Assembly: GCA_038496445.1 (NCBI GenBank) | Contig: JALMLS010000466.1 | Span: forward strand, 310,001-374,000 | Length of the DNA stretch: 64,000 bases | Direction: 5' to 3' | DNA from: Trichosphaerium sp. ATCC 40318 | Taxonomy: Eukaryota; Protista; Tubulinea | Shown here: positions 61,225 to 64,000 of the stretch, one piece after another | How positions within the stretch are numbered: the stretch's first letter is position 1 | Layout of the letters: every line of letters starts with the position of its first letter | Program-made: the position numbers and the translations under genes | Notes under the pieces: model-generated | What the model was told of the DNA's origin: nothing | Databases searched by the model: none | The model's input: the letters and a program-made list of their open reading frames with translations, nothing else

Positions 61225-62227
61225 CTATGACACTGTACCATTAACAGCATCTCCAGAAATATCTAGCTTTGTCAATATAACAATATACAAGCTCTGCACG
61301 TACCAGGGGCATCGTTATCCTTCCCAATCTTTGGATTAACAACTGACCAAATTATCATAAACAAAATTCCAAGGACTATCAAGAATAGGAAGCACCTTAC
61401 TATGTTATCTGATGCCATACCGCGAGCAAGCTTCCTATTGAATATCTCAGTACGTTTTAGAATCTTTCGGGCGTACTTTAGTTGCTTTCCAGCATCATTC
61501 AAGTTTTCATCTATTTCATCAAAATCTGTCTGCAAGTTCCTCATACGATCACCGTCATCCTTGAGCTGTGCTAGTGCTGAAGCACCTACCTAAAATCCAA
61601 ACATGTCAATCACGTGTATTGATTCCAACTAATACGGACCTCTTTTGTATCGTTTATAATACGCTTTCCGCGTGCTAATGCATCCAATGATTTGCCTTGT
61701 ATTTTTGCTGCTTCTCCCAAGATTTCTTCTGTGTTTGATTCCGCTTCTTGGCCTGTACAGTAATTATTGGTATTACTTGTAGCGTGCAGAGCTAACCTTG
61801 AAGGCCTAGGATGTCTCTGTCGGCTGCTAAAAGCATTGTTTGTATATCTGCCTCCAACTCTTTTGTTTTATTCATGTAGTCTGTTTTACGCTTTAAAGCG
61901 TTAGTTGACGGCCGTTTAGTCAAAAATAGCAATTCATAATTGCTAGAAAAGACTAGAAGCGCTTACATGGTCCCACGGTATTGCTATATGCCTATCTAAC
62001 TCCCTTAATTCAATATCATACCCTTTTAGCTCTAAACTTAAATCTTTGCAACGTCTTTCGCACCAACGTAGTTTCTACGCCGAATTAGCGCGTTAAAACG
62101 GCTTTTTACATACTTGTTTACGTTTCGTTGGATCTGACGTTTCAGGCAACTTCTTCTCTAATTGATACCGTATCTTGGTAACTATGTCCTCTATCCTACT
62201 AGCACAATCATCTATATCCTCAGTCAT
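61225..62227 (-). CDS. Qb-SNARE, NPSN/Vti1-like
   Basis: Helical N-domain, SNARE motif VGASALAQLKDDGDRMRNLQTDFDEIDENL, then MASDNIVRCFLFLIVLGILFMIIWSVVNP TM. Confidence 0.8.
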
Positions 62228-62594
62228 TGCGCTTATGTTTTGAATTTTTGCCACTTTTCAGTTGTTAAAACAGGCAGTTGAGAAAACGTTTCGTTTCGAC
62301 CTTCTTTTTACGTAAACTTCGTATTTCCATGCTTTTCATATAAAATAACGAGTCGCTACATAGTTTTGAGGACTATTCCGTCCAATAGTTCATTGGTAAT
62401 CCCAAAAACCCACAAAGAAATTCCACTCCGCCTTATAGTCGCCATTTTAAGAAAGAGACGCTCAAACGGGGCTCCAGGCAATGTATTACCTTTATAAAGC
62501 AATGCCTTATTCTTGAACAGCAGTTCACATTGAATAAACAACGCTTAAGCCATGTACAATTAGATTTGTGTTCAAACATTATCTGGTAAGAATC

Positions 62595-63412
62595 ATGTTA
62601 CGCTTCACTGCTTTAATTGTCCTCGTTGCTGTCGCTATTGTATGCGCTCAAGATCCTCCAAAGCCTAACCCTGCTGAAACATTCAGAGGTACAAAAACGC
62701 CTTTTCGAAAGATTTTTCCATTGCTTCTCAATAACATTAAATTAATAGGAGCAAGCGTTTCTGAGATAACCTACAACGGAAAGACAGTCGTTGGTGGTAC
62801 TAGTTTCGCAAAAGATGAAAAGAAAGGCATGGAAGTATCTCGCGGACGCTACGATGATAGGAACTTTGATTATGACATTCTCTTCCGCTACGACCAAGTA
62901 CGTTGGGGTTTTGTTGAGATAAATTAGCTCGTTTACGCCTTTGATGGTACTAACTCTGTACATAGGGCTCTGAATACCTTGTAACTGATGTAAACAGAAC
63001 AATTTCATGTAAGAAGAGCGCTATCACTGGAACTATTCCAGCCACGTGGGCTTGGCTCGCACAAGCAAAGTTCGTTGGAAAACGTCACTTCCGTGGTGAA
63101 ACTGTTGATTTCTGGGGTGCCACCGTACGCCTTTCTTTATTGTTTCCCTTCTTTGTAATGGAACCTACGCTAACTAAGTGGTAGATTGGAACAACCAAAC
63201 ACGGCCTTGGTGTCTTTGAAAATGACCCAACACGTCCACGCATTATCGCTGAAGAGACTCCACAATTCAACGCTACCTCTCTTGTACGTTTTTTTTAATC
63301 CTGCAGCTCACGTTTTTCTTCATTCTCATATTATTTATAGATTATTGAATGGGAAACTACCTCACCTCCTCCAGCAGAATACTTTGACGTTCCAAAATCG
63401 TGCTCATCTTAG
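62595..63412 (+). CDS. Secreted/lysosomal ependymin-related (EPDR, LolA-like fold) protein
   Basis: Signal peptide, PPKP motif, LFRYD, C-terminal FDVPKSC. Confidence 0.6.
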
Positions 63413-63734
63413 TTAAATAAAGAGAATTTTGACCTTAAACAAAACGTTTGAGAGGCTTTACATTACAAAGGGTTTTGTGATGTTCACGTGAACCTTTGTC
63501 GAAAAATCAAAATGATTTTCTTTGCATCCTTTTCCAGCAGCGCTTAGTTTCACTGTACTTTCCTGTGCAACTTTATCCCTCTACCTGACCCTAGTTTGTA
63601 AACATTAACAAATCAATTACCGCCTTGCTTCTTGTCACGTGTTAATCACGTGATAAATAACGAGAGAAAAAAAACTGAACAAGATGGTATATTAATATTG
63701 TTACTTTACTATTTTGGACGTTACTCAACTTGCT

Positions 63735-64000
63735 TTAGAACGACAAGTATCGACAATTAGTTAGGGTCACAGTTATATCATCATAAACATCTGGCCAATG
63801 ACATATAACAACATCAACTGTTGATGCACCTCCTGGGAAGACTCTACCCTATAAAAAAAGTTATTCAAACAATCCTGAAAGTGTTCCTAAAAAACCGTAC
63901 TGAATAAGTAAGTTTATTGTCATTCATTGGTGTAAGGTCTCCATTTGTAAAGCAGTTGTTTGGTGTACCACCATTACTTGTTGTTATGGTTGCTGTGTAT
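63735..64000 (-). CDS. 3' end of a gene extending beyond the window (beta-rich, probably extracellular)
   Basis: YTATITTSNGGTPNNCFTNGDL...LTYS|GRVFPGGASTVDVVICHWPDVYDDITVTLTNCRYLSF* with a GTACGG..TAG intron. Confidence 0.6.

Noticed and set aside
1-64000. Alternative genetic code
   Set aside because: TAA, TAG and TGA all terminate conserved genes; in-frame stops are explained by introns.
1-64000. CRISPR arrays, rRNA, prokaryotic operons; most short antisense ORFs in the track
   Set aside because: No repeat-spacer or rRNA signatures; the short ORFs are shadows of spliced genes or intron read-through.

Overview
A gene-dense, AT-rich eukaryotic (protist) window with many short spliceosomal introns (mostly ~40-150 nt; donors dominated by GTAC(G/A), acceptors TAG/CAG/AAG). 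It reads in the standard genetic code. The gene content (NT-C2+DIL protein, alpha-actinin, ependymin-like protein, NPSN-like SNARE, PI-PLC) suggests a free-living amoeba, which is an inference. About 26 genes were spliced by hand. Recognisable ones: HMG-box, TPR protein, Rieske protein, NSE2, eIF5A, SNM1/Artemis-family nuclease, M28 carboxypeptidase, APC6, BABAM1, PLC, M35 protease, oligoribonuclease, C2-ARM-U-box ligase, alpha-actinin, two atypical Rho paralogs and a SNARE. Most notable: (1) a Crinkler-like gene (Rho-N/HeH header, coiled coil, PD-(D/E)XK nuclease, kinase) with a palindrome/hairpin-rich upstream region; (2) an intron-rich bacterial-type PGM1/BesA-like ATP-grasp peptide ligase; (3) strong enrichment of CACGTG in introns and at gene ends; (4) an alpha-actinin with three spectrin repeats; (5) two facing tRNA-like elements. 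Gene spans include introns; all exon joins are manual and unverified by transcripts.
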